Both the position numbers and the translations under genes were made by a program. DNA of 62,386 nt from Bilabrum cf. latius (lineage: Eukaryota), in NCBI GenBank assembly GCA_965178125.1, contig OZ237735.1, positions 2,790,001-2,852,386 on the forward strand, given 5' to 3'. Below are positions 12,495-26,196 of this stretch, piece after piece; within the stretch, counting starts at the first letter, position 1, and each line of letters begins with the position of its first letter. The notes below the pieces were generated by a model, which saw only the letters and a list, made by a program, of their open reading frames with translations, was not told the origin of the DNA and did no database searches.

Positions 12495-15400
12495 ATGTCA
12501 TCTGGACGTACTACAGCCCCGTTTGGTCCGACGATCGGCAGCGATCTTAAGTCCGTTCTTGCCGTTCCCGCATGGTTCAAGAGCGATGATTTGGAGCTGT
12601 TGAATGATAGTTTTGAGCCGGCCTTCTTCGACGGTGCAAAACGAGAACCTGACGATGAGGACAATGAGTTTGGTGGCATGATGTCTGTCGAAGAACAAGA
12701 GGAGGCAATGCTGCAAATGGCCATGAAGGCATCCTTGGGAGACGGCGCCGGCGCTGCCGAAGACCCCGCCGCGGCTGCCTCAGCGGACCAGACCGCCCCA
12801 TCTGGAAGGCCGGTTGCGTTTCCACTGGGAGATGGAACTAAACAGGCCAAGAATATCGGAAGGAGGAACAACCAAGACACTGAAAGTCAGGTTGGTGCCG
12901 GCTTCGAGCTCGTCTACCGTAGGAAACCCGAAGCTGGCGACGACGATATGCTAGTGACCCACGTTATTGTAAGGGGTCCCTGGGAGTGCTCGTGCCCCTT
13001 GAAACATGCCGCCGTCTGGATGCTAGGCTGGGAGCGGGGAGTGCTGGCTGCAAGCACGGAGGGCGTGTCGGCGGCGGCCGGATCGATCCCTGCGGACCGG
13101 TCCAGCATGCCAGCGGGGCTGGATCCCGAAGATGAGACAGACCTGATCACGAATTAGCTCTATGCCCGCTCCAAGCCCCTGCGGTTGGCCACTGCCACCG
13201 AGTACGAGGACCGCTGGAACAGCCTATCCGAGGGTGCGCGGGAGGCAGTGCTGGCAGGCCTCGGGGTCGAGCCAGCGGAGGGGGCCTCCACCGGCAAGGC
13301 GGGGGAGCCGAGCGGGGGGCTCTGTGGCTCCCGCTGGTTCGTAGAGGCTGCCTCCGAGGAGGGTGGGCCAACTGATGTGACAAGTGGGGGGCCTGGTTCC
13401 GGTGCAGGTGCAGGTGCAGAGCCCGTTGGGCCTGCTAGCGGGGCAGGGATCATGGGTGCGATGGGGGGCATGGGAGCAAGCAATGGCGAGAAAAATCACC
13501 CGCAGGACACAGCGGCAGCCAGGGAGCAGGCAGTTGCCGCCATGCCGCGGCCGTGGGTCCTGTGCGACCACGGGGTGCCCCTGGAGCGGGTCTGCCACAC
13601 CCTGCACCCCTCTCAGCTGGACAAGCTGGGCCCCGCCTTCCGCCCGCATGCAGTGGTGGAGACAGCAGCCCCGCTCTTTGACGGGTCCGCGGCACTGCCC
13701 TTGGCCCCGCAGGTGCAGGCAGCCTCGCTGCGTGACGAGTGGGGGGGCCGCCCCATGGGCCCAGCGGCCCTTCACCTCATGCTGGCAAGCAGGCACCGCA
13801 CGGCCGATGTGCCTACTTTCTTGAACATAGACGTGGCCACGGTGCAGTTTGTGGGCCTCAGGGGGGAGAGGGCCAGGCAGGCGGCACAAAGGCTAAGGGA
13901 GCACGCGGCCACGGGGGGCGGCAGTCCCATGGAGTGGGCGGCCCCGAGGGCCGTGCCGCGCGCCCCCTCGCTGCCCTCTGTTGTCAGGCTCATGCCGCGC
14001 CCCGGTTGCCTGCAGCCCGTGCAGTACGATTTTCTGAATTTCGTGAGCCACTGCCCCACGGTGCATCTGGCCGCGCCCCGGTTCGCGGAGGGCACGCTGG
14101 CGTGGAGGCGGTGGTGCAGTGCACTGCAGGCAGCGGCTCAGGTGCTCAGCAAGGAGCTGCCGCCACTGCAGCTGGCGCATGACATCGTGGTGGCGCAGCG
14201 CATGCTGGCAGAGATCAGGGGCGGGACCATGGACCACCTGACCACGGCCAAGGGGCGCGTGCTCCGGGGCACGCTGGACGAGGACGAGGGGGAGGAGGGC
14301 ATGGAGGGCACCATCCTGGATGCAATGCCGGAAGGGGCCATTGCGGGCGCGTCCGTGTCTGCGGCGAGCTGCGAATCAGAGGCCAAGGCCTCGACCGACA
14401 AGCTTGAGCTGCTGGGAGCGGAGGGGTGGTTCCCGCCGGGGGTGCAGGCCGGGGCATCGGCCAGTGCCGGGCTGGGGGCAGGGGAGGCAGACAGGGCGGC
14501 TGACCTGAAGGCCCGGTTGGCGGTCGCGGAGTGGGCGAGATAGTAGCAGCCGGTGCTGCGCGAGCGATCGATGCGCGCCGGTCCGTTATTCTTCACCACC
14601 AGCCGGACCCCCTGGGTGTCCGCGGGCCCCACCGCGCAGGACGGGGATGCTTCCTCGCCGGCTGCAGCAGCTCAATCGAGTGGCGGGCCTGCGACGGGTG
14701 CAGGCGCGGGCGGTGATGACTCGGCGGACATCGACTGGGAGGCGCAGTTCGTGGAGCCGTGGGGCGCGCCGCTGGAGCCGGCGGGGTCCTACCTGGAGCG
14801 GCTCTCGAACCTCTTCGACTACGACCTGTCGGACTCAGGGCTGGGCGGGGACGATGGGGGCGTGCAGATCGAGCAGCCTGACGGGAGCGTGGTTACGCTG
14901 GACGGCACGCAGTCCGTGGAGGGAGACTGGGCGGTAGGTCACATGCACATCTGGGTGCTGGTGCCGGCCACCGTGCGATTGAACGGAATGGTCTCGCTGC
15001 GGCCAGCCCGGTACAGGTTCCGCGACTGGGAGCTAGCGCGGGGTGACAAGGCACAGGAGGGCGGAAGGGGCGCAGAGGCTCCAAAAGTAGATGACGTTGT
15101 CGCATTTGTGCGATCCGCCATGGCCGGAGAGGCTCCACGCTTCCACAGCGGCGAGAAATCCGGCATGCCCCGGCCGAAGGTCGAGGAGGAGGGGGTTGAT
15201 GCTGCCGGTGGGAGCGACCCATCCATTGCTGGCAGCGGGCTGGTCGAGCTCCGTCTGCCGTGCGAAGAGCCCCAGCTGCAATCTGTGCACTGGCACTCGG
15301 ACGAGCTCGAGAATCAGCAGGGCGAGGGGCTAGTAGGCGAGGGCGAGCCCGTGATGGTCCTAGACAAGCACGCCCCTGGGTCCCACTGGAAGCGCATGCT

Positions 15401-17489
15401 GCTCGCCGCCGAGTCGATGCAGCTGCTGCGGCTCGTGCGCCCGATGGCGGCACCCATCGAGGCGGGGCATGACCTCGGAGACTGTGTGCGGCACGCAGTC
15501 CTGGTGGCCACTCTGGCGGACAGCAAGGGTGACGACAAGCTAGTCCGCAGCCTGAATCTGCTGCAGGCGTGGGTGAACGGCAGGATGAGACCCGGCCGCG
15601 CCGCCCTTCAGGTGGTGGTCATGATGGTGGACCGGAATGACGTCGACGAGCGGGCGATGCCCCACGTGGACAGCCCTGACATCCGCCTGTTCCTCCCACG
15701 CGGAGGGGCCATGCTCCTGGCCGGCGAAGCGACCGCCCCGCTCGACCCCGAGGCTGCGCAGGCCGCGGGATACGACGCGGAGCATGCGTACGACTGCGCG
15801 CGGCCGCTGGGCGGCGCTTTGGGGCGGCACGGCTGGTCAGCCTCGCCCGCGGGCTGGGTGAGCGCTGGATTCCTGGAGTGGTGGCTGCGCAGCGGCTGGA
15901 GGGACGAGTCGCAGAGGGCCGTCGGGGAGGCACCCCCGCACATGCAGGCCAGGGCGGCGGCGCGCACGTCCACCAGTCTCGGGGCCGCCCTGCCCCGGCT
16001 GGTCCGGTTTGTCCGGCAGTCCACTGAGGCAGCAAGGCAGGCAGCCGAGGGCGCTGGTTGCTCGTGTCCCGCGGCGCTTGCTGAGCTCGGTACCGCTGCT
16101 GCGAGTGTGTCCAACCTAATGGTTGCGCTGGATGCAGACGAGGCCGAAGTTGCCGCTGGATTCATCGAGGCCCGGAGTGAGGGCGAGGACAAGGGAGCCA
16201 CGGCCCCATTGTTCCCTGGGCAGGAGCTAGGCGTGCCCAGGGAAGCTCTAGAGGTGGCTGCCATGGAGGGAGGCGAGGGCACTGCTGATGATGATGATGA
16301 AGGTGGTGAGGGTGAGGGTGCAGCTAGAGACGGTGCAGAGGCAGGCGCAGGGGGAACCTACCATCGGGGATCATATGGGAGCGATCCTTTCCTGCGACTC
16401 GCTGCCCTTGCGGCGGCTGATATGCAGACGCAGTACGACTCCCTGCACGGTGCACTGCTGGGCCTCTTGCAGCAGCTGGAGAGGCGCGAGGACGGATCTG
16501 GGCAGACCGTGGATGCTTACCACCAGATGCTGTTGGGAACGGGCCTGCCACCCACCCCTGAAGCAGCAGCGATGGCAGGGGTGCCTTTCTTGGAGGTATC
16601 AGCAGAGGACGAGGTGGAGGAAGAGGAGGAGGAAGAAGGAGAGGATGGACAGGAGGGAGGGGACGGAGAGGAGGCCCCCGAGGGGGTGGTGCTGGCTGGA
16701 TCAAGCGAGGGGGAGGCAGGAGCTGGGAAGGCTGGCCCGGGTGCCGCGGCTGGAGGGGCTGGAGATGGAGTGGGCGCGTCTGGCGGAGGCACTCGAGCTG
16801 GTGACGGCAGCAGCAGTGGCGAGGTCGGCCGGGTCGTCTCAGCCCTGGCTGCCGCCTGCACGTGCGGGTCTCCCGTCCCTCTGGGGAGGCCAGGGGGCAG
16901 CATGGCGCTCGGGCTCGAGCTGAAGCGGCTGCGGCAGAGGGTAGAGGCGGCTGGACTGCGCTGGCCTCGTAGCCAGGAGGGCAGCGGCTGCAGCAGCGGA
17001 GAGGGGAGCGGCCAGTCGGCTGGGGACGTGCAGTGGCTGGAGGACGAGGACCACCTGAGCGCCGTGCTGCAGGCAGTGGGCATGGAGGAGATGGAGGCAA
17101 TGCAGCGGCGGGCCATGGCGGGTCTGAAGGCCGACGGAGTGCCAGGGGCGGCCGTGGTGATCGCGGTGCTGGATCCAGGCTCCAAGGCGTCAATGGATGC
17201 GGGAGCGGGGGCGGGAGGCAGTGGGGATGCTCTACTGAGTCAGGCCCTTGCGCTTGTGGATGGGGCGACAACTGAGGGGGAAGGGGGCGAACAGGCGGGC
17301 GGTGTGCACCTGTACGCAGTGGACCCAGCAGAGGCCCCTGGCGTGCTGACTACAAGCGGTGTGGAGCTGAGCGAGGTGCCCTGTGTCATGATCTGGGGAG
17401 CTCGCAGCCAGAACATGAAGACATCGCAGCAGGCCAGCCATTTAGGCGTCATGCTGGCGATTATGCGGCTCATGGGGCCCGAGGAATGA
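12495..17489 (+). CDS. Large (~1660 aa) hypothetical protein with a UIM-like motif
   Basis: Three ORFs in one frame are joined by TAG 13155 and TAG-TAG 14541-14546. EEQEEAMLQMAMKASL resembles a ubiquitin-interacting motif. Confidence 0.65.
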
Positions 17490-17664
17490 ATGCCACCGGC
17501 GGCTTTGGATCAAATGGATGGATTGACTCTCCCACTCGCAGATCCACCGACGATTCTAATTCTCGCCACACATATTTCCTGGTATGCCTACTGCGCCTGC
17601 TGGCTCCAGCTCCGATATTTTCGCATTCGCAGCCATCGCGGTTGCATCTACCGTAGGTCTAGGG

Positions 17665-19185
17665 ATGCGCGCTGTCGCCAAGCTGACTTCAGCCGGATTT
17701 CGAACGTGCTTTGGTGGGCGCAGCTTGCACCCAGCTCTGCAGCCACGCCTGGAATCTAGTGCACTCATAAGCACAACGATGTAGAATATTGAGAAGGCAT
17801 GGTAGACTGTATCGTGCGGGGATTCGTCTGGACCAGATGCCGTCGATGACTCCGGTAGCGCCAGCCGGGCCGTGCGCGTTACTCGATGCTTGGCGGCGGG
17901 AGGGCTCGCCCAATGGGCGTGTGAAACTGCCAGTGAACCAGTTGATTTATCGCTAAAGCTTGAAAGCGAGCAGGTCACGGGGTCCTTCAAGGCTCGCGGA
18001 GCGGTCGTAGCGGTGGGATTCCTGTTGGACGAAGCAGGTCGCGCGGGTGATGCGGCAACACAGGTCCAAGCTGTGACAGCCAGCACTGGAAATCATGGTA
18101 AAGCTGTGTCTCGCGCAGTATCACTTTGGCGCAGCGGTGCCCTGGGTCCTTCGGCCTGCAGGGTAGATCTCCTCCCTGCTCGCGTCCATGTGCCCAGCAA
18201 TGTGGCTCCCCACAAGCTGGCTGCTTTAAAAGCAGCCGGTTCTGAAGTAGTGGTGGCGAGTAAGCCGGACTGCGCTGTGGCCGAATCAGAGGCGCGCGCG
18301 TCCACTGAGGGCCGCTCTGATGACGGTGTGCAGCGGCGGTACATATCTCCGTACAATGACCTTGGCGTGCTTGCTGGGCAGGCCACTCTAGCTGTCGAGT
18401 GGGCTGCGCAGCAAGCAGCCCGACTGGATGTGGACGTGTTTTCCGAAGACAGTGGCCCCTCGTGGCAGCGCACCGTGGTACCGTTCGACTCTGTGCTGGT
18501 GCCGGTGGGCGGGGGCGGCATGGTGGCCGGCGTTGGTGCATACCTCAAGGCTGTGTGGGGCGCGGGGATTGAGGTCGTGGGCTGTCAGCCCGCTGCCAAT
18601 GCTGCGATGCTTCGCTGCCTGCAGGCTGGACGGGCACTGGATGACGGATGCGACGGGCAAGAGGCGGGTGGCGGGGAGGGAGCGGCAATCTTGGGAGCGC
18701 ACCCGCCTGTGGCGGAGTGGGCCACAGTGGAGGCGCCCGAAGAACACAGCAGCATTAGATGCAAGCCACAGCTGTCTAGCCCCAGCGGAAGAGCCGACGG
18801 AAAGAACCTGCCGCGCGGCAGGTGGCCGTACAGCACCTGGCTCAACCTCGAGACTCTGAGCGACGGCACCGCCGGGGGAGTAGAGCCCGGCAGCCTGACC
18901 GTTGACCTGTGTGAGGCAGTGGTGGACTCCTGGGAATGCGTCCCGGAGGCACTGGTGGCGGAGGCGCAGGCACAGGCCCTGGCCCGAGAGAAGCTCGTAG
19001 TGGAAGGGGCGGCGGCGGTAGCCATCGCGGCTCTACGGCAGCGCATCGAGCGCGAGCCGCAGTATGCCACGATCACGCAAGGAGGCAAATCCAGGCCCCG
19101 CAGGGTAGGCATCGTGATCTGCGGCGGAAACGTGAGCGGTGATGGGCTGGTTCGAGCTGCCGAGCGAGCCGCCTCTAGCAAGTGA
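17665..19185 (+). CDS. PLP-dependent serine/threonine dehydratase (serine racemase-like); TAG at 17782, 17803
   Basis: LKLESEQVTGSFKARGA, ASTGNHG, VPVGGGGM, EGAAAVAIA and GIVICGGN. The upstream STTM*NIEKAW*TV fits the family's first helix. The start could be 17584. Confidence 0.85.
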
Positions 19186-19279
19186 AGGGTATAAAAGGGC
19201 GAAATGCAATTTTAATCATTAGTTTGTTTTGTGTCTATAAGGCGCTCCATGCATCGCCCGTGCGCTCATCTCCTACGGC

Positions 19280-22200
19280 TCACTGCCCGCCCTGGCCCTT
19301 CTTGGCAGCCGCGTCCCTTGCAGCGGCCTGCAGCGCGTCGAAGCCCATGTCCTTGCGGTATTGTAGCCTCTCGCGGTCCGTGAGCCGGTCAGGGAGCCAG
19401 TTACCCGTGGATCCCCTGGGCCTGTGCCTGCTCCTGCTCTGCTCGAACACCCTATCCAAGTCACACGACTGCACCTCGCTGAAGATGCGGTCGGGGTCCA
19501 CCCTCCCCGCGCCCCCGTACTGCGAGTGCAGCTGCGACTCGAGCTGGGTGCCCCGGGCCCAGTTGGGGATGGGCTTCTTCTCCCTCCTCTCCTTCTCCTC
19601 GTCCGAGTCTTCGTCGTCCGAGCTCTCCTCCTTCTCGCTCATGTCGTAGTCCTGGTCATGGTCCTCGGGGCCACGGCCTGCCGATGGCACTGCACCAGCG
19701 GCGGAGGACGAGCTGCTGGACGCCGAGGCGGCCGCAGAGGAGGAGGAGGAAGACGAAGAAGAAGAAGAGGAGGAGGAGGCGGAGGCGGAGGCGCCCACTC
19801 GAGGGTAACCACTGGCCGGCGGGTCCGTGGCTGATGTGGTCGCCCCGGCCGATGCTCCTGCCATGGGCACTCTGCTGCGGGCCTTGCCAGCCGCACCCAC
19901 GGCCACTGTGTTCGCTGCACCGCCTACGTGTGCGGTGGGAAGGCCCAGTGGCGCGACTGAATGCGGTGCGACCTGCTGGTCCGCGCTGCTAGGGGCCTGC
20001 GACAGCGAGGCCCCAGGGGTGGTTGCTGCGAACGAGGCCGATGACCCAGCGGCTTGCTGCTCCCTCTCCTGCTGCTCCCTTTCTTGCTGCTCCCTTTCTT
20101 GCTGCTCCCTCTCCTGCTGCTATTCCCTGCTTGCCGCTGCAGCCGCAGCAGCCTGCACGGCCCTCTGCGCAGCCACTTTCTCTTTGGCGCGCTGCGATGC
20201 CTGCGCCCGGGCCGCTTCCGCCCGCTGCCTGGCCTGCTTCGCCAGCCGCAGACGGTCCATCTTCCTGTGGTCCTCGGCGGCGCGCAGCCCCTCTTGCCTG
20301 GATTTAAGAGTCGTGTACGCGCTCTAGGGCACTCGTGGCGCCGTCTTTTTCTGCTCCATTGCCGTGCGCAGGCCCTGCACCACAGCGGCAGCCGCCCCAG
20401 CGCTTGCTGGAGACCGCTTAGGACCCCTGGCGTTGCCTCCAGAGGACTGAAGCATCTTCGAGCCCTTACCTCCGGAGCTCGAGCCACCTGCCCCTTGCTC
20501 GTCTGACATGGGCTGCTGGCCGGCAGCAGCGGGGGCAGACACCGTGGACTGCGCCGCGCGCTGCTGCCTGGCCATGACCCGGGCCCGCACCTGCATCCTC
20601 ATCTCGTGCGCCTCCCGCGCCACGGCGATGGAGTGAGGCGATGCCCCAGCAGGCGGGCGGAAGGGCTCCGGCTTGGAGGCCTCCGAGGCAGCCTGGCTGC
20701 GGGACCCCGTGTCTGCGCCAGATGAAGCAGTTCCAGTGTCGGGGCGGCTGGAGGCCTGCGTGCCGGGGGTCTGCTGCGCGGGCGCTGGCGAGTCCCACTG
20801 CGCGGGCCGCACTCTCTTCGGGACGACCATGTCGGCGAGGGAGGGGGCGGAGGGGGCTGCAGAGGAGGACGAGGACGAGGGCAAGGGCGAGGACGATGAA
20901 ACCCCGTCAGGAACCTGAGGCGGAGCTGCTCGGCTCGGTGAAGGTGCATCTGCCGATTGTGGCTGGGCCGGCCCTGCAGCTATATCAGCCCAAGCGCCCG
21001 TGCTGGCAGAGTCTTCCTGCTCCTGCTCCTCCTCCTGCTCCTATCGCCGGTCCTGCTGGTCCTGCACACTCTCGCCACGACCAGTAGAAGCGCTCTCCTC
21101 TTGCACTTCGTCCTGCTCCACCTGCTCATCAGCCTACTCCACCGAGTCCTCCCCGGCACTCTCCTCATCCTTCTCGCCATCCGACTCTGCCCGTTGCTGA
21201 TCGTGCAGACCACTCGAGGCGCTGCTGCTGGATCGCATTGCCTCAGACTAGCCAGCGATAGCGTCACTGGGATCACTAGCTCCAAGATGTGCTTCCGCTG
21301 GCACTTGCTCACCCAAACCATCCTCCTCCTCCTCCTCCTCACCGCCACTGTGCCCATGTGCTTCGTCATCGCTACCAGCAGCTGCAAGTGATGATGCGGA
21401 CGGCGATCTGCCACTAGCAGCCGGCTGTGCTGCGCTAGAAGGAGACGATGCGCCGCCCTGGCCAATAACAGCGTCGCTCTGGCCATCTTCGCCCGCCTTT
21501 GCAGACTGGTTGGCAGATTTCCACTGCCGTTGCTCCTCGTCTACGGCCTCTCTGAGGAGCGCTTGAAGCTCTGCTTTGCGCGCCTTCGGTACTTTAATTC
21601 CACGTTTTTTCAGCTCTGCCTTTAGGTCAACAACGCGAAGAGAGTCTACGTCCACAGATTCAGGTCTCATCTGGACGTCCTCCGCCAGGCTTTCTTGAGC
21701 ATTGCCCATGCCACCTTCGTCTTTGGCCTCTGTTCGGCTTCTCTTCGAGGATTTTGGATTGTCGCTCTCGATCTTTGAATCTGTCTCTTGGGGCGCAGCC
21801 TTGCTGGGCGAGGGGCCGGCAACAGCTTCGCTCGCGCCGCGCTGCCTCTTGCCAAGGCTACCACTGGGAGCGGACTACTGCTGAGCCGCCCCACCGTCAT
21901 CATCTCTAAACTATGTTCTGCGAGAATTGGGCTGTGGCAGGCAAACAACAAACAGTTCTTTGCAGGCAGAATCCAGTTGTAGTTCTCGGTGCGGCGTCAC
22001 CCTCACGGAAACAGGCTCGTCTTGATCGACTCCATACTGTGCGATAGCCACTGCATTGAATCTTCTGCTTGCTAAGCAGACGCTATGATTTTACCTTCAG
22101 CCAGATCGGCAATCTTGGCAGCAGCTCCAGCGAACTGACGGAGTCCGAATGAAGCGGCCTTCGATTTAGTGCCTCGTGCTGCCACTTTCCCCTTCACGTC

Positions 22201-22287
22201 AGTTCTGTTCCTAGACGTGGAAGGTTTAAGTACAGTCGAAGCACCTGTTCTTGGCATTCTTGGAGGACGTCGAACTGTAGCCGCCAT
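19280..22287 (-). CDS. INCENP-like chromosomal passenger protein (C-terminal IN-box) with a SAP domain
   Basis: C-terminal IPNWA...DPDRIF..V...DLDRVF...R.RGSTGNW..DRLT..E...YRKDMGF is an IN-box. DSLRVVDLKAELKKRGI is SAP-like. Segments up to 21709 are in one frame across TAGs; a 5' intron near 21.9-22.0 kb is inferred. Confidence 0.75.
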
Positions 22288-22469
22288 GGTATGGATGGGG
22301 ATACTACAAACGGGTGCGAACTTCGAAACTCTGCATTTTCAAATATAGTGTGTACTTTCAAGAAGACCCTTAATTCGTAATTTATTCGAATTTACGGATT
22401 GAGAACTCTTCTGCTGTGTGCAATTCGCGGCTAAAATACTAGCAACTGAGTTATTCCTGGCATATACAC

Positions 22470-23055
22470 ATGCTTCGAGGGGCTAAACCTCTCCAAATTT
22501 GCTGCACATCCCTCCCACGTCGGTTTCGCCTGCGGTGCGGCATCTCACACTTCTCCGTGGAATCGAAAGCTCGCGCCGATGGGAAAGGGACATTCTTGGT
22601 AACAACACGCAATGAAATTGCAAACCATGTCATTATTGACGAGATTGGTGAGAAGGGAAAACCGCTGTGACCAGACAGGATCTTGCTTGTGGTGGGATCT
22701 CCCACCAATTACTGCCCACATACACATATCCAGAGACGCAGGAACAGTGGCAGCTTCGCATGTGCGCACAAAAGACTTCTTTAAAGACTTCTGGACCCTT
22801 CTTGCGAGTTTGTTTGGAGGCGAGTCCAGGTACTACACACACCTAGCGAATGAGTGCACGGAAGCAGCGGCAGACGCAATGGTAGAGCAGGCGAAGCGCC
22901 TCGGCGCGAACGGAGTCGTCGGAGCACGATTCGAGGTTGCGCAGACCATGAATAGGTTTGTCCTCGGTCTTCATACCACGGTGACGGCGTACGGCACCGC
23001 AGTCACGGTCCGGCGCGAAGAGGTTGGAGAGCCGCGAGACTTGCAGCGCAGATGA
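22470..23055 (+). CDS. YbjQ/UPF0145 family protein (intron 22648-22741)
   Basis: LVTTRNEI....IIDEIG|TV...KDF...L..LFGGE...Y...A...MVEQAKRLGANGVVGARF...AYGTAV. Confidence 0.85.
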
Positions 23056-24372
23056 CCCAGTCGCTCCATCAGATCAGAAATGAAGCAAAGGTGTACCGCC
23101 ATTTGCACCAGCATCGAGTTTAACGACCTGCGGGCGCAAAGAATGAAGCAGGGGTGAGGCCGAATTAGAACGATGTAAGAAGACGGCGAAGGCGCAGCCA
23201 AGCTAATAGCGCATAGCGAAGCAAAAGACAAATTTATGGATTCGGTCAGTGTAACTATGACGATTTCTTTCACGGCGACACGGGCAGGCCAAGGGCATGA
23301 CGCCCGAGGCCCGCACGGCCGCTACACGAGACGTGCTGCGGAGCCGCCCTGTCAGTAACGGCGGAAGCTACAATTTTCTTCATTCCGAATCCTAAATTAA
23401 GCAATACCCAGCTAATCCAGCGCCTTGCGGCCTTGAGAGGGGTTCTGTCGGTGCACACTACGGGAAGCCTCGAGCCTCGGGGCACACCGGAAAGCAACAC
23501 GACATCATGCTACCCGGTGAATCTCACCTTCCCGGATAATACTCAGACGAACAAACTTCATTCCTGTCCAGCTTTGCATGCGGTACCGCTGCTCCCACTG
23601 CGAGATATAATTTAGGGCGTCCTCTAGGGGCACAGCTGGGGGTCTCCTGAATCCGAAGCGCGATGCGGTGCTTCAGAGACAGTCGCCACCGCAATATTTA
23701 CGATGGGCAGCAATTGTCCGGCCAAGGATACTCTGCGGTATATCTTCCGGCCTTTCTTGGGTAATGCTGCCGTAAAAGCCTTGCACTCCTAATGGGGGCC
23801 GGGTGCAAATCGGGCTTACAATCTCACCGCGGAAGGAGATATGGTATTATCAGATACGAATAGCCATGGAAGAAATCTGCGATAAAATGGACGTGCAGCA
23901 TTTGCCAACGACGAGTGAAGCATTCATCAGTTGTTTGTTGACCGCACACCACACCGCGAACGGTGTACAACTATTGGGGACTTAGAACGCGGTCACAAGG
24001 TTATTGTTACGGGAGATGCTATGCATGCTCGACCAGAAACGTTCCAAATGACCGCTGCCTGAAGAAAGTGCCCGGGTAAGGTACAGCACAGCTCTCTCCT
24101 CACAATCTGCAACCATGAAGATAGCTGTGCAGGGTAGACCAGCCAGAGAATGTCTTTATCCCTTCAAGTATAATGTTCCATGGCAAACCCCTGCGTATCT
24201 TTCGGATGGAGACGGCAAGAGTGGCTACGAGCGGCGAGGAGTTCTGCCTAAATCTGCATTACTTATATGTAAGGTGTTATTATAACACCGGCCGAAGCAT
24301 ACGGCAACTTTCCACTTGTCGAGCGTATTCTGCTCGTTTTTGTGTCAAAACGTGCCTAGTTGTCGTATAAAT

Positions 24373-26196
24373 ATGATGAAATCTTTGTTGCGCTCACAAA
24401 GTACGAATTCCAGTCTCCGCATGGCCCAGATAAGAATGGCGCGACCCATGCGACAGTTCTCGCAACTTGCCGGCCACCTTGAGCTTGAACCTTGGGCGGA
24501 CGTGTCAGTGGACAGGAAAACAAAAATCGTGGCAACCATTGGACCTGCTACGTTGCCGCATATTGAGGACGTAATTCGTGCCGGAGCAAGCGTGGCAAGG
24601 ATCAACTGCTCACACGGTGATGTCTCTTACTACCGCAGTGTCGTCGGGAAAGTGCGATCTGCTGTAGACAGCATTCGCGAATAGTAGGGTGGGCACATAG
24701 ACTTCACAGACGGCTGCCGGGAAGATACAGCTGCCATCGCTTTTGACACGAAAGGCCCGGAGATTCGAACGGGAATCTTCAGAAGTGACGTGGCTGAGGC
24801 CGCTCTACGAGCGGACGGCAAGGCGCCTGCCGATGATTCAGGCACCGACAAGTTGAAGCATGCATCCATTGGAAACCCGGAGCTGCATGTACGCCGTGGG
24901 GACGAGGTTATTCTGACAACCGATGGGAGCTTGCGAGAGTTTGGGTCGCTTGATGGTGGAGTCTTCGTGGACTATCCGCAGCTGGTAGAGCAGGCCACTG
25001 AGGGCCAGCAGGTGTTTATTGATGATGGTCTGCTGGCTCTGAGGGTTGTATCTGTACTCCCCGGGCAGGACAAGGTCATTTGCCGCGCTGAGAACAGCGC
25101 CAAGCTGGGCGAGAGGAAGGGGGTGTCTCTGCCCGGGGTGGAGGTGCAGCTGCCTGCAGTGTCCGACAAGGACAGGGAGGACTTGAAGCTGGCCAAGGAG
25201 ATGGGTGCTGACTTTGTCTTTGCCTCTTTCATCCGCAACGGGGAGCAGGTGCAGGAGATCTAGGACCTGCTCGGGCACGAGCTGGACAGCCCCAAGGTGA
25301 TCGCCAAGATCGAGAATAAGCAGGGAGTGGACAACTTCGAGGACATCCTGAGGCACTGCCACGGCGCCATGGTCGCGAGAGGGGATCTAGCCGTGGAGAT
25401 CGGGCTGGAGCGCGTGTTTGTAGCGCAGAAGAAGCTGATCGCGCAGTGCAACGTGGCTGGCAAGCCCGTCATTTGCGCCACGCAAATGCTCGAGAGCATG
25501 ACCTCCAACCCGAGGCCCACCCGCGCAGAGGTGGTGGACGTGGGCTCTGCCGTCATGGACGGCGCAGACGCGGTGATGCTCTCCGGTGAGACTGCCAAGG
25601 GCGCCTTCCCGGTTGAGGCAGTGCGCACCATGTCCACCGTGTGCCGAGTAGCGGAGAGAGCGGGGGCGGCCAAGGGCAGAGAGGGGTTCGCTCAGCTGCT
25701 GGCGGCCGTGCAGAGGAGGGAGGCGGAAGCAGAGGCAAAGAGAGAAGCTGCGGAGGGGCTGCTGCACATGCGGCGATCCTCCTCCTCCTCGTCCTCTAAG
25801 GGCGGCTTCGAGGGCCACCTGACGTCCACGGAGAGCCTGGCTGCGGCTGCCGTGCACACGGCGTACGAGCAGAGGAGGATCCGGTTCATCGCGGCCATGA
25901 CGCTCTCGGGGAGCACGGCTGCGCTGCTGGCCAAGTACAGGCCAGGCGTGCCCGTGATCGCGCTGACGCCCAGCCCCGCGGCTGCCAGGCGGTTGCAGAT
26001 GGTGTACGGCGTGCACGCGCTGCTCACGCCCCAGGGATCCTCTAGGGACGAGACTCTTCAGGTGGCCGTGGACGAGTGCCGTAGAATGGGTCTGGTTGAG
26101 GATGGTGACCGATTCTTAGCATTGCTAGGGAAGCATTCTACTCACGTTGCTGGGGACGTCTCATCCATGCACGTGTTTGACACGGACGGATTCTGA
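24373..26196 (+). CDS. PYK: Pyruvate kinase with a probable mitochondrial presequence; TAG at 24682, 24685, 25261
   Basis: [58 protein letters not shown] and [12 protein letters not shown] are all in one frame across three TAGs. Confidence 0.95.
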
